A stretch of DNA of 59,898 bases from Candidatus Jordarchaeia archaeon (GTDB lineage: Archaea; Asgardarchaeota; Jordiarchaeia; Jordiarchaeales; Jordiarchaeaceae). The stretch is taken from contig JAHQXB010000155.1 in NCBI GenBank assembly GCA_029856435.1, positions 1 through 59,898 on the forward strand, given 5' to 3'. The translations under genes and the position numbers were made by a program. Shown piece by piece: positions 1-9,467 of this stretch (positions within the stretch are counted from its first letter, which is position 1; each line of letters starts with the position of its first letter). The notes beneath the pieces were generated by a model. It made no database searches and was not told where the DNA came from. It worked only from the letters and a program-made list of their open reading frames with translations.

Positions 1-233
1 ATAAGCCCTATTAAGGCTCCTTTCTGGAAAAAGAAGGAACAATAAAGGAAAGAGAACCACAAAGGAAACCGGGCTCCAAAAAACAAAACCAACCAGCAGG
101 CAACCTACAATAAAAACTTTTTACGCCCACAAATCGTAACTTGAATTCATGGAGAATAAAGATTGATCTTTATTTAAAGTTAAAACCTTGAAATGTTAAA
201 AAAGAGAAAAATTAATTGGGATTTTAGTTTTAT

Positions 234-386
234 TTAAATTTTGATATGAACTTCATCTGTTTGTTTCGCCTTTTTCTGGGCGCACCGCACACACAAGTGC
301 TCACAGCTAGTATCATCAACTGGGAGAATTAGCTGGTAGCTATAACCACACTCAGGACAACGTACTGTCTTTAACTTGTAAGGCAA
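234..386 (-). CDS. Small CxxC-x18-CxxC zinc-finger protein (50 aa), not in the ORF track
   Basis: Manual translation from TTG at 386: MPYKLKTVRCPECGYSYQLILPVDDTSCEHLCVRCAQKKAKQTDEVHIKI*. GGAGG Shine-Dalgarno-like motif about 7 nt upstream. Confidence 0.75.
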   Translation of the reverse strand: MPYKLKTVRCPECGYSYQLILPVDDTSCEHLCVRCAQKKAKQTDEVHIKI

Positions 387-645
387 CGACAACCCTCCGA
401 AGTGACTAGGACAATAAGATTGTGAGGGATATATAAAAATGGGTAATACAAGTGTAGATATACTTAACGCCTACAAAACGGGGACGGAGGGATGGCTGCC
501 GGTTCTTTGGCGCGTCTGGTGCATTAATGTTAGATGGATATTTGTTTAAAAATTATTTTAATATAATCATTTTTTACCTACATAATGAATGTAGGTACGC
601 TTATTAATATTTTTTGGAAATTAGTTTAGTTGGAGAGAAAAAGGT

Positions 646-2316
646 ATGGTAAAATACATCTTTGTGACAGGCGGAGTTATGAGTGGAGTTGGAAAAGGGG
701 TTACCACAGCCTCTATTGGCAAACTGTTTCAATTCAGAGGTTACGATGTAGAGGCCATTAAGATCGACCCCTACCTCAATGTTGATCCCGGAACTCTTAA
801 CCCCATTGAACATGGTGAAGTTTACATCACTGAGGAGGTTTGGGAGTTTAAGCCAGTAGAGGGGTTCAGCCTAAAAATATCAGAAATAGATCAGGATTTT
901 GGGAGTTATGAACGTTTTCTTGGAAAAAACATGTCTCCTGAACAGAATATTACTTCAGGACAGGTTTATTTATCAGTCATACTCAAGGAGAGGGAGGGGG
1001 AGTTTTTGGGGCGCACCACTCAGATTATACCTCACATCACAGACGAAATAAAGAAAAGAATAAGGCAAGTGAGCGCGAGAAAAAAGCCAGACATCCTAAT
1101 AACTGAAGTGGGCGGGACTGTTGGTGACATCGAAGCCATGCCTTTTCTGGAAGCAATACGCCAATTTAGGCTAGAGGAAAAGAAGGAAGACACCATTCTA
1201 ATTCATGTTACTTATGTCCCCTATCTGGATACCGTCCAGCAACAGAAATCAAAACCCTCACAGCACAGCGTTAGAACACTTCAGGGAATGGGTCTACAGC
1301 CTGACGTTTTGGTTGCCAGAGCAAAAAAACCGCTCACAAAGGATGTTTTACAGAAACTTAGCCTCTTTTCAAACCTACCTCCTGAAGCTGTGATCTCAAA
1401 CCCGGACATAGATGTTATTTATGAGCTGCCGCTATTCTTTGAACAACAAAAGCTTGGCGACTACTTGTGTAAAATCTCGAATTTACCGATTAAAAAGCCC
1501 CAACTAGACGAATGGTGTAATATTGTAAATCTTTATAAAAATGCTAAAGAGGTCGTTCGCATTGCGGTTCCGGGAAAGTATACCCAAATAGTAGACAGCT
1601 ATATTAGTATTCAGGAAGCGTTAAGACATGCCTCCGCATGCAGTGGAGCCAAACTTGAACTCCAGTGGATTGACACTGAACCAATAGAAAATGATCCCAA
1701 GGCGTTAGAAATTCTGGGAAAATTTGATGGTATTCTCCTTACGCCCGGATTCGGCTCCAGAGGAACTGAAGGCATGATTCTAACAGCAGAATATGCAATT
1801 AGAAAAGGAATGCCCTACCTAGGAATTTGTTTCGGCTGCCAGCTTCTTTTTGTAGCCTTTTGTAGAAGTGTATTGGGGTTAGAGGGGGCTAATAGTACCG
1901 AAATTGATCCTAACACGCCCTACCCTGTTGTCGATTTGCTTCCTGAACAAAAAGCAATTAAAACTAAGGGGGGAACAATGAGGCTAGGTGGCCACAAAGT
2001 GATTTTAATGGAAAACACAAGGTTGAAAGAAGCATATAATAAAACTGAGGTTATTGAAAGGTTCAGACATAGATACCATATTATGCCACAATATGCCGAC
2101 ATGGCTAAAGACGCGGGACTGATAGTATCAGCCACAGACGAAACTGGAAAAATAATCAATGCAATTGAGTTAAACAAAGACTTTCTGATTATGGGTGTCC
2201 AGTTTCATCCCGAATTCAAAAGCAGGCCTAATCTACCAAGTCCAGTTTACCTTACCTTCATAAAAGAGGCTTTACGATACCAAAAACTCAAAAAAGAGAA
2301 CATAAAAAATTCTTAA
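646..2316 (+). CDS. pyrG: CTP synthase
   Basis: N-terminal KYIFVTGGVMSGVGKG, KIDPYLNVDPGT, EVGGTVGDIE; glutaminase motifs GICFGCQ and QFHPEF. Confidence 0.97.
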   Translation: MVKYIFVTGGVMSGVGKGVTTASIGKLFQFRGYDVEAIKIDPYLNVDPGTLNPIEHGEVYITEEVWEFKPVEGFSLKISEIDQDFGSYERFLGKNMSPEQNITSGQVYLSVILKEREGEFLGRTTQIIPHITDEIKKRIRQVSARKKPDILITEVGGTVGDIEAMPFLEAIRQFRLEEKKEDTILIHVTYVPYLDTVQQQKSKPSQHSVRTLQGMGLQPDVLVARAKKPLTKDVLQKLSLFSNLPPEAVISNPDIDVIYELPLFFEQQKLGDYLCKISNLPIKKPQLDEWCNIVNLYKNAKEVVRIAVPGKYTQIVDSYISIQEALRHASACSGAKLELQWIDTEPIENDPKALEILGKFDGILLTPGFGSRGTEGMILTAEYAIRKGMPYLGICFGCQLLFVAFCRSVLGLEGANSTEIDPNTPYPVVDLLPEQKAIKTKGGTMRLGGHKVILMENTRLKEAYNKTEVIERFRHRYHIMPQYADMAKDAGLIVSATDETGKIINAIELNKDFLIMGVQFHPEFKSRPNLPSPVYLTFIKEALRYQKLKKENIKNS

Positions 2317-2626
2317 CGCTCTTTCGATATTTGGCTTGGGTGTGGACATAATTCCTCAAGAAAGGATTGGGCCTCAACTGGAAAGAAACCCGTAACAGTT
2401 CAAAAAAATAAAATTTTAGACCGGGATATTAATCATTACCGCCTAAAAAACGCGGGATACTAAAACCTTGGTCAGATGAAACACCTCTGTAATGAACATT
2501 ATGTGGTTAAGTGCCTATGAGTAGATGCCAAGCCATAAATACTGTTATATATCTGATTTCTGCTAGTACTCCTCACACCCTTTTTGGGAAATCTTTTTTA
2601 TAGCTCCGGTTAAAGTTTGATATCCG

Positions 2627-3763
2627 GTGATTGGAGTGGATAAAGCGTTAGAGGAGATTTTGATTGCAGGCCTCCGCAACAAAATAAGTAAATTGGAGTC
2701 AAATGGTCACTACGAGAGGATACCAGTTATTAGTTTAAAGATTACAAATGAATGTAGCCTAAAGTGTTTACATTGTAGCTCAGATTCGGGGCTTCCACTC
2801 CACAATGAATTAACTTTAGGAGAAATCCAAAATCTTATAGACGAACTTGCGAAAATTGGAGTAAAAAGAATAACCCTATCGGGAGGAGAACCAACCATCA
2901 GGAAAGACTTTTGGGAAATTTTACGTTACTTGGACGACGCTGGTATCCAGGTAAGCCTTTTTACCAACGGATTTCTTCTTGACAGAAACTTTGTGAGAAG
3001 GTTAAACGATTTTGGAGTAAGCGGGGTAAGGATTAGTGTTGATGGGGGGGTGGCTAAGACTCACGACGAAATCCGTGGTGTTAAGGGATCATTCTCAAAA
3101 GCAATGAAGGCAGTGAAACTCTGCCGTGAATCCGAATTAATGGTTCTCATAGTTAGCGTGATTATGAAAAATAACATCTCGGAAATAAGAAAAATTATTC
3201 AACTGGCAGAAAAGAACCGGGTGCCAGCCTACTTCAGAAGGTTCCACCCAGTAGGGAGAGGCCTTAAAAACATAGGTTTAATGCCCTCCCCCGAGGAGTT
3301 GAAGTCTGTCACTTCCATAATCACAGCATACTATGGTGAAGAATTGATAGGAGAAATGATAAAATATCTGAAACTTGTGGGCGGCTGGTGCTACATTGGG
3401 GACAGGATGTGTATTGAGCCTGATGGAAACATCGCATTGTGCCCCAGTCTACCCTTAATTATGGGCAATATAAGAGAGAGCAGCATAAATGAAGTGTGGA
3501 AGAGGATAAAGAATTCGGAATTGTGTGATATGATTCGTAAAAGAAATATAGCGGGAAAATGTGGTAGCTGCCCCCACATTAGGATATGTGGGGGAGGCTG
3601 CAGAGCTGACGCTTATGGGTTAACAGGAGACATTCTATCAGAGGATCCCTTATGCTGGAATTCTCCTAGTGAGGCTTCTCTCCCGATTCTGAACGCCTTA
3701 ATTATGGCTTCTGCAGCCTTTTACGAAGCCTCGTATATAGACCTAAAAAGGGGATGGTGTTAG
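2627..3763 (+). CDS. Radical SAM/SPASM-domain protein (PqqE/NirJ/AhbC-D-like superfamily)
   Basis: CSLKCLHC CxxxCxxC motif, SGGEP, and C-terminal SPASM cysteines (CGSCPHIRICGGGCRADAY...DPLCW). Confidence 0.9.
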   Translation: MIGVDKALEEILIAGLRNKISKLESNGHYERIPVISLKITNECSLKCLHCSSDSGLPLHNELTLGEIQNLIDELAKIGVKRITLSGGEPTIRKDFWEILRYLDDAGIQVSLFTNGFLLDRNFVRRLNDFGVSGVRISVDGGVAKTHDEIRGVKGSFSKAMKAVKLCRESELMVLIVSVIMKNNISEIRKIIQLAEKNRVPAYFRRFHPVGRGLKNIGLMPSPEELKSVTSIITAYYGEELIGEMIKYLKLVGGWCYIGDRMCIEPDGNIALCPSLPLIMGNIRESSINEVWKRIKNSELCDMIRKRNIAGKCGSCPHIRICGGGCRADAYGLTGDILSEDPLCWNSPSEASLPILNALIMASAAFYEASYIDLKRGWC

Positions 3764-5088
3764 TGCAGTTCTATGTACTCGTAGGCCTCTAATTCTGATT
3801 CAAAACAGTAATGTACTTTTTGGAAATCTTTTCTAAATTCTGCCACTTCCAAACTGATTTTTGCCGGTTCCTCCTTATCTATAACAACGCGTTTAATAAA
3901 ATCCGCCACAACTTGCATTTCGCTTTCCTTCATTCCCAGCCTTGTTACCTCACTGGTTCCCAACCGAATACCTCCGGGATTGAGATAATTTCTCCCTTCA
4001 CTAATATCCCAGGGTAGCAAGTTTCTATTTAGTATTATGCCCGCCTTCTCAAGCCTTTCTTCTATGTCGCGTCCAAGTCCAATCTTATTCTTAAAGTTTG
4101 TAATGTCCACCAGTAGGGTGTGCGACTCAGTAAAACCCTTAGCCTCCCCCAGAACATTGAAGCCTCTCTCATACAGGGCTTGTCCCAAAGCTTTAGAATT
4201 TTTGATTATTTGCCCAGCATACTCTTTACCGAACTTTTTAAATTCTGCTAGGGTTATAGCTAATCCTGCAACATTATGTAAATGATGGTTACTGGTCAGC
4301 CCAGGAAAGGTCGCTTGTTTTATTCTTTCTCCTAGCTCCTTTTTAGCAAGAACCATGCCGTGCTGTGGCCCGGGTAAAGTTTTGTGGGTGCTCATCTGCA
4401 CCGTATCAGCACCTTCTCTCAGGGGGTCTTGGAAGTATCCCCCAGCTATTAATCCCGCCACATGAGCTGCATCATAAGCAACCTTCGCTCCAACTTCCCT
4501 TCCAACCTCACCCAACTCTTTAACAGGGTGGGGGAACAAGAAAACCGAGGCGCCAAATAGTAGAAGTTTTGGCTTCACTTCACGTATTCTCTTCGCCGAC
4601 TCGTCAACATCCAAGTTCAGCTCTTTTCTGTCGAAAACAAAATATTCGACATTCAAACCATGAACCGCACCAGCCGTGCCACCCAAGAAACTACCAGATT
4701 TGGTGTATTCCGGACCGTGGCTGATGTGTCCTCCTGAGGGGATGGGCATAGCCATCATTGTGTCTCCAGGCTTCGTTAGCGCGGTGTATGCTATTAGGTT
4801 AGCAACAACACCGGAGGTGGCCCTCACATCTGCAAAATCCGCTCTAAAAAGATCCTTCGCTAAGTCTATGCATATTAGTTCAACTTCGTCTATAAATTTG
4901 CAGCCTGCGTATACTCTTTCGCCTGGCCATCCCTCAGCATACCGGTGACCAAAATCGCTGATAATTGCCTCTCGAACAGCGGGGCTTACAATGTTTTCGC
5001 TTGCAATAAGGGGTAAGCATCTCTTAAACCATGCGTGATGCGCCTTCATGGCGTTTCTTACAGCTTTGAAAGACTCTTCGGGATCCAA
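3760..5088 (-). CDS. glyA: Serine hydroxymethyltransferase (archaeal type)
   Basis: LIASEN, YAEG, GGHISH, PLP-lysine motif STHKTLPGPQ, GIRLGT. Confidence 0.97.
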   Translation of the reverse strand: MDPEESFKAVRNAMKAHHAWFKRCLPLIASENIVSPAVREAIISDFGHRYAEGWPGERVYAGCKFIDEVELICIDLAKDLFRADFADVRATSGVVANLIAYTALTKPGDTMMAMPIPSGGHISHGPEYTKSGSFLGGTAGAVHGLNVEYFVFDRKELNLDVDESAKRIREVKPKLLLFGASVFLFPHPVKELGEVGREVGAKVAYDAAHVAGLIAGGYFQDPLREGADTVQMSTHKTLPGPQHGMVLAKKELGERIKQATFPGLTSNHHLHNVAGLAITLAEFKKFGKEYAGQIIKNSKALGQALYERGFNVLGEAKGFTESHTLLVDITNFKNKIGLGRDIEERLEKAGIILNRNLLPWDISEGRNYLNPGGIRLGTSEVTRLGMKESEMQVVADFIKRVVIDKEEPAKISLEVAEFRKDFQKVHYCFESELEAYEYIELH

Positions 5089-5449
5089 AAAATCATCCTC
5101 TTCTGAGTTAGTGAAGATAATCCTTTTTTAGAACAATCTTTGTCCAGATTATGATGTAATGTGTTTGATTGAGAAAATTAAGTGTATTCTCTTTTAAACT
5201 TTCTTTAAATAGTGTATTGCTGATTTACTCCTTTCTGGAACCCATATGTATTAGTTTATTAATAAAATATTGTGGAAAATAAAAAGAAATATTTTAAAGA
5301 CAATCAAGTTACGAGTTTAATTAGCTCAAAAAAGTAATGAGTAACGGAAAATAAATATTTTTAAAATAGTTTATTGAAGAAGGAAGTGGCGCCACGCTTG
5401 GAGTTTTAAGCTCTTAAAGTGGCAATTTTTCTCTACAAGAAATTGGGGG

Positions 5450-6217
5450 TTGGAGAAGATGTTCACATGTTTCTTAGTTGGAACCGCAGGAAGTGGTAAA
5501 TCCACTCTTACCCAAGCATACGCTAATTGGTTGACTCGAAACCAGTTCAATGTGGCCTTAGTAAATTTGGACCCCGGTGTGCGCCGTTTACCATACGCGC
5601 CTGACGTAGACATTAGGGACTATGTGAGTTTGGAGGAAGTTATGGACAAATATGATCTTGGCCCAAATGGGGGGTTAATTGCCAGTATCGATATGATGGC
5701 GAACTACATTGGCGAGTTTAAGGAGGAAATTGAAGAATTAAAGCCAACATATGTTTTGGCAGACACCCCAGGTCAACTTGAACTCTTCGCGTTCCGCAGT
5801 ACTGGCCCCCTGGTTACCACGGCAATCAGTGGTGAGAGTAGCTGTTTGGTATTCCTAATGGATCCCTTACTAAGTCGCTCTCCTACAGGTTTTGTGAGCA
5901 TGCTGCTCCTGAGTGCATCAGTAGAGTACCGCTTCAATTTACCCCAAATTAATGTTCTATCCAAAGCAGACACCCTAACCGAGGATGAAATAGAAAGAAT
6001 AGTAGAGTGGGTGGAAGACCCGCAAACTCTGCTAAACGCCATAGATCAAGAAGCGACTGGTATACGTAGAGAGATAAGCATAAATCTTGGGGAAATTTTC
6101 GCTAATGCGGGCTTTCTGAGAGAGATAATACCACTCTCATCACTGACCTTCTATGGATTAGATAACCTATACGCCGTAGTTGAGAGAATCTACACTGACC
6201 GTGAGGGATTTATATAA
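5450..6217 (+). CDS. GPN-loop GTPase
   Basis: GTAGSGKST P-loop, NLDPG, GPNG loop, DTPGQ, SKAD. Confidence 0.93.
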   Translation: MEKMFTCFLVGTAGSGKSTLTQAYANWLTRNQFNVALVNLDPGVRRLPYAPDVDIRDYVSLEEVMDKYDLGPNGGLIASIDMMANYIGEFKEEIEELKPTYVLADTPGQLELFAFRSTGPLVTTAISGESSCLVFLMDPLLSRSPTGFVSMLLLSASVEYRFNLPQINVLSKADTLTEDEIERIVEWVEDPQTLLNAIDQEATGIRREISINLGEIFANAGFLREIIPLSSLTFYGLDNLYAVVERIYTDREGFI

Positions 6218-6443
6218 AACAATTGTAAACCCCCCAAAAAAGTACTTGGCAAAATTTTAATATACCTCAAATGAATTGAGAAGTTAAAACAAAAACCACC
6301 AAAAAATTGGATGCGCACACAAAGTTTTCATATTTCATTTGAATCTCTGTTTACCCAAAAAAATAATAAAGATAATAATAAGAAATCCATTTTGATATAA
6401 TAATTGGAGCATGTATGTATTATTATGGCGTGAGGTGTAAGAA

Positions 6444-7148
6444 ATGTCTAATAACGTGGATCAAATCATCCAGAAGGCTCTAAGCGAAAATCGAACACTT
6501 TTACTGGAACCCGAAGCCAAAGAGGTAGTAAAGGCGTACGGCATACCAGTAACCAGATATAAGGTGGCCAAAAGCCTTGAGGAGGCCGTCAAATACGCGG
6601 AGGAAATTAAATACCCTGTAGTTATGAAAATCGTATCAAGGGACGTGGTGCACAAAAGCGATGCAGGTGGTGTAAAAGTCAACCTCAAAAATGCTGAAGA
6701 GGTGAAAAAAGCCTATAGAGAAATAGAAGAAAATGTCAAAAAAGCGGTGGGCAACTATAGATTCGAGGGTATGATCATCCAAGAATTCGCCCCCGAAGGA
6801 AGAGAAGTCATCGTAGGAATGACCAAAGACCCACAATTCGGGCCCGCCCTCATGTTTGGGCTTGGAGGCATCTTCGTCGAAGTTTTGAAAGATGTCAGCT
6901 TTAGGGTAGCCCCAATTACGAGGTATGACGCAGAAGAAATGATACGTGAAATTAAGGGATTCCCTATTCTGCAGGGTGTTAGAGGCCAGAAGCCAGTAGA
7001 TATGGAAGCAATTATTAATATACTATTGAATGTTTCCAAGCTGGTCATGGAACATCCAGAGATTGAAGAACTGGATCTCAACCCTATAATTGCTTATCCT
7101 GATGGCGTTAAAACCGTTGATGCCCGCATTATTCTCTCTAAACAGTAG
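6444..7148 (+). CDS. Acetate-CoA ligase (ADP-forming) beta subunit, ATP-grasp domain
   Basis: YPVVMKIVSRDVVHKSDAGGV, DPQFGP, GLGGIFVE, LDLNP, DARI. Confidence 0.92.
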   Translation: MSNNVDQIIQKALSENRTLLLEPEAKEVVKAYGIPVTRYKVAKSLEEAVKYAEEIKYPVVMKIVSRDVVHKSDAGGVKVNLKNAEEVKKAYREIEENVKKAVGNYRFEGMIIQEFAPEGREVIVGMTKDPQFGPALMFGLGGIFVEVLKDVSFRVAPITRYDAEEMIREIKGFPILQGVRGQKPVDMEAIINILLNVSKLVMEHPEIEELDLNPIIAYPDGVKTVDARIILSKQ

Positions 7149-7160
7149 GGGGGAATCAAG

Positions 7161-7382
7161 ATTAGCATAAAGGCTACCGAAATCCGTGGCAAGCAAGTTT
7201 ATACACATATTGGAAAGTTTGTAGGAACAGTGACGGACTTGGAATTGGACTTCGCGGTAGGCGGAGCCTCTGGACTGCAAGTTAAACTCAAAAAACCAGT
7301 GGAGAACAAAGACATAATCTCTATTCCCTTCTCATGGATAAAGGCAATTGGGGATATCATTCTTATTAAGAAGCCAGATTAA
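7161..7382 (+). CDS. PRC-barrel domain protein (~73 aa) with no ATG/GTG/TTG start, not in the ORF track
   Basis: Manual translation ISIKATEIRGKQVYTHIGKFVGTVTDLELDFAVGGASGLQVKLKKPVENKDIISIPFSWIKAIGDIILIKKPD* matches the archaeal PRC-barrel pattern (GKxVYTxxGxxVGxVxD...IPxxWxxAIGDIILI). Start codon is uncertain (ATT 7161 or ATA 7167). Confidence 0.8.
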   Translation: MSIKATEIRGKQVYTHIGKFVGTVTDLELDFAVGGASGLQVKLKKPVENKDIISIPFSWIKAIGDIILIKKPD

Positions 7383-7781
7383 CCCAGATATTATATCGAA
7401 ACCACACTGTTAAACAGAACATGAAGAAATATTTGGCAAGGATTAGCTGAACATACACAAATTTGTGGAGCTCCACTCTAACTGCCTTATTGATGGCGAA
7501 AGTTTGAATGAGGGATACCCGTCTGAGAAGAATTATTTTGCTAACTTAATAAATTAACATTCAAATTCGGCTTCAAAAATGAAAACTCTAGAGCTTGTAA
7601 AAATTGGACAAAAAGGAAGTAACTGTAATACTTTGTGGTCTAATACCTAGATTTATCTTGAATCTCTTTATAAAGTCATAAACTAGACTATTTCTCCCCC
7701 TATTTGAAGAGTTGCCGGTTTCTCGGTTTAAGCGATAAAAGTTTAAATTTTGTTTTATAACTGGATTATTGGAATTAAAAA

Positions 7782-9413
7782 ATGGTGTCCTTTTGGGAGA
7801 AGTGGCAAGCATTGAGTAAGAGTAAGGATAAGGTGCAGGAAAAGCTTGTTGAGTTAGCGGGAAGCTTGAAGGGGATTGATGCAATTAGGAATTGTGTTTA
7901 TGCAGTGGCTGCGGTTGCAGACATTTTGAGAACTTCTCTTGGTCCTAATGGGATGCGGAAGCTCATCATTGATAGGTACGATAATTATGTGGTTTCTAAT
8001 GATGGGGTGACGATTCTTAGAGATTTGGATATTCAACATCCTATGGGCGAAATGCTCGTTAATATGGGTAAGACTCATGTTCGCACTCAGGGTGATGGAG
8101 GTAAGATTACTGTTATTCTAGCGGGGGAATTAGTTAAAAGGGGATTAAAGCTTGTTGAAGAGGGATTACATCCATCTGTTGTTATTTCAGGATACTATTG
8201 TGCTTGCGAAAGCTTGGTGAATATGATAGATGAGCTGAGCGTTGATGTGGATGGGGATAGGGCTCTGCTTAGATCCGTAGCTAGCACCTCCCTCTCTGGA
8301 AAGTTTTCGGAGAGAGCAACAAGGCGCCTATCAGATATTGCCGTGGAGGCGGTCACCACAATCGCGGAGAGCGGTAGGCTAATGGAGGTTAAGGATAGGG
8401 TTCAGTTTGTGAAGAGGGAAGGAGGAGGGATAAGCGATACCGAGTTGGTTCATGGTGTGATTATCTCTAAGGACATTCTGAATCCTAAAATGCCCAGGAG
8501 GGTTGAAAAGGCTAAAATAGCCCTTTTAAGTGAGAAACTCTATTTGGAGAAACCAGCTGATAGAAGTGTGGAGCTTCAGATAAACTCTCCTGAGGATTTG
8601 GAGGGTTACCTTGAGGAAGAAAGAAAGTTTGGGGAAAGAAAGTTTTCTTATATTAAGAGAAGTGGAGCGAATGTTGTTGTTACAGAGAAGGGAATAAGTA
8701 AGGTCATTGAGCAAAGTTTGGCTAAGAATAATATTTTGGGAATAAGGCGGGCTAAGCCTGAGGAATTTAAGCTTTTAAGTGAGGCGTGTGGAGCTAAGAT
8801 TTGCTCTCGGGTGGAGGATCTCCGCGAGGAAGATTTGGGTTATGCCGAGGTGGTGGAGGAGAGGAGAATAGGGCGGGAGAAATATGTTTTGTTTTCGGGT
8901 TGTCGAGACCCGAAGGCAGTTGCGGTGCTGGTTAGGGGTGGTTCTTGGTTTGTTTGCGAGGAGGTTGAGAGGCTTTTGAGGAATGCTATGGTTACAGTTT
9001 CTGTGGCTATGATGCACAAAAAGGTTGTGGGGGGTGGCGGCGCCATAGAGATAGAAATGGCGAAACGTGTTAGGAAAATTGCTTACTCGGTTGAGGGGAA
9101 AAGACAGTTGGCAATGCTTGAATTTGCTTCGGCTCTTGAAATGATTCCGCGTATTCTAGCCTCAAATGCAGGTATGGATGAGGTTAGCACATTGTTAGAA
9201 TTACGTTCAAAGCATAGCGGTTCTCTTAACTGGTTAGGTATAGATTTTGAGAACAAAAAATTGAGAGACATGATGGAATACGGAGTCTTGGAGCCCAGTT
9301 ATGCAAAGATTAGGTCGCTAAAGAGTGCTACAGAGTTCGCCTCATCTGTTCTGAGAGTTGATGGAATGTATATAAGTAAGATGGGACTGGAGAAGAGAGA
9401 CCAGGCGAAGTGA
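7782..9413 (+). CDS. Group II chaperonin (thermosome/CCT family) subunit, divergent paralog
   Basis: RTSLGPNG, SNDGVTIL, GDG, GGGAIE, ALEMIPRILASNAG. The nucleotide-site motifs are degenerate. Confidence 0.9.
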   Translation: MVSFWEKWQALSKSKDKVQEKLVELAGSLKGIDAIRNCVYAVAAVADILRTSLGPNGMRKLIIDRYDNYVVSNDGVTILRDLDIQHPMGEMLVNMGKTHVRTQGDGGKITVILAGELVKRGLKLVEEGLHPSVVISGYYCACESLVNMIDELSVDVDGDRALLRSVASTSLSGKFSERATRRLSDIAVEAVTTIAESGRLMEVKDRVQFVKREGGGISDTELVHGVIISKDILNPKMPRRVEKAKIALLSEKLYLEKPADRSVELQINSPEDLEGYLEEERKFGERKFSYIKRSGANVVVTEKGISKVIEQSLAKNNILGIRRAKPEEFKLLSEACGAKICSRVEDLREEDLGYAEVVEERRIGREKYVLFSGCRDPKAVAVLVRGGSWFVCEEVERLLRNAMVTVSVAMMHKKVVGGGGAIEIEMAKRVRKIAYSVEGKRQLAMLEFASALEMIPRILASNAGMDEVSTLLELRSKHSGSLNWLGIDFENKKLRDMMEYGVLEPSYAKIRSLKSATEFASSVLRVDGMYISKMGLEKRDQAK

Positions 9414-9467
9414 ACACCACTCTAAAGGGGTTAAGTTTAGATGACTGAAAAAGGGGTTTTATTTGCA

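Noticed and set aside
430-550. 36-aa ORF MGNTSVDIL... between the zinc-finger gene and pyrG
   Set aside because: No SD motif and no recognisable motif; it lies in the divergent promoter region.
7485-7530. Possible C/D box sRNA or TPP-riboswitch-like motif (TGATGG...TTGA.TGAGGG...CTGAGA)
   Set aside because: Guide spacers are only about 7 nt and the C-to-D span is too short. The downstream TPP core elements are absent.
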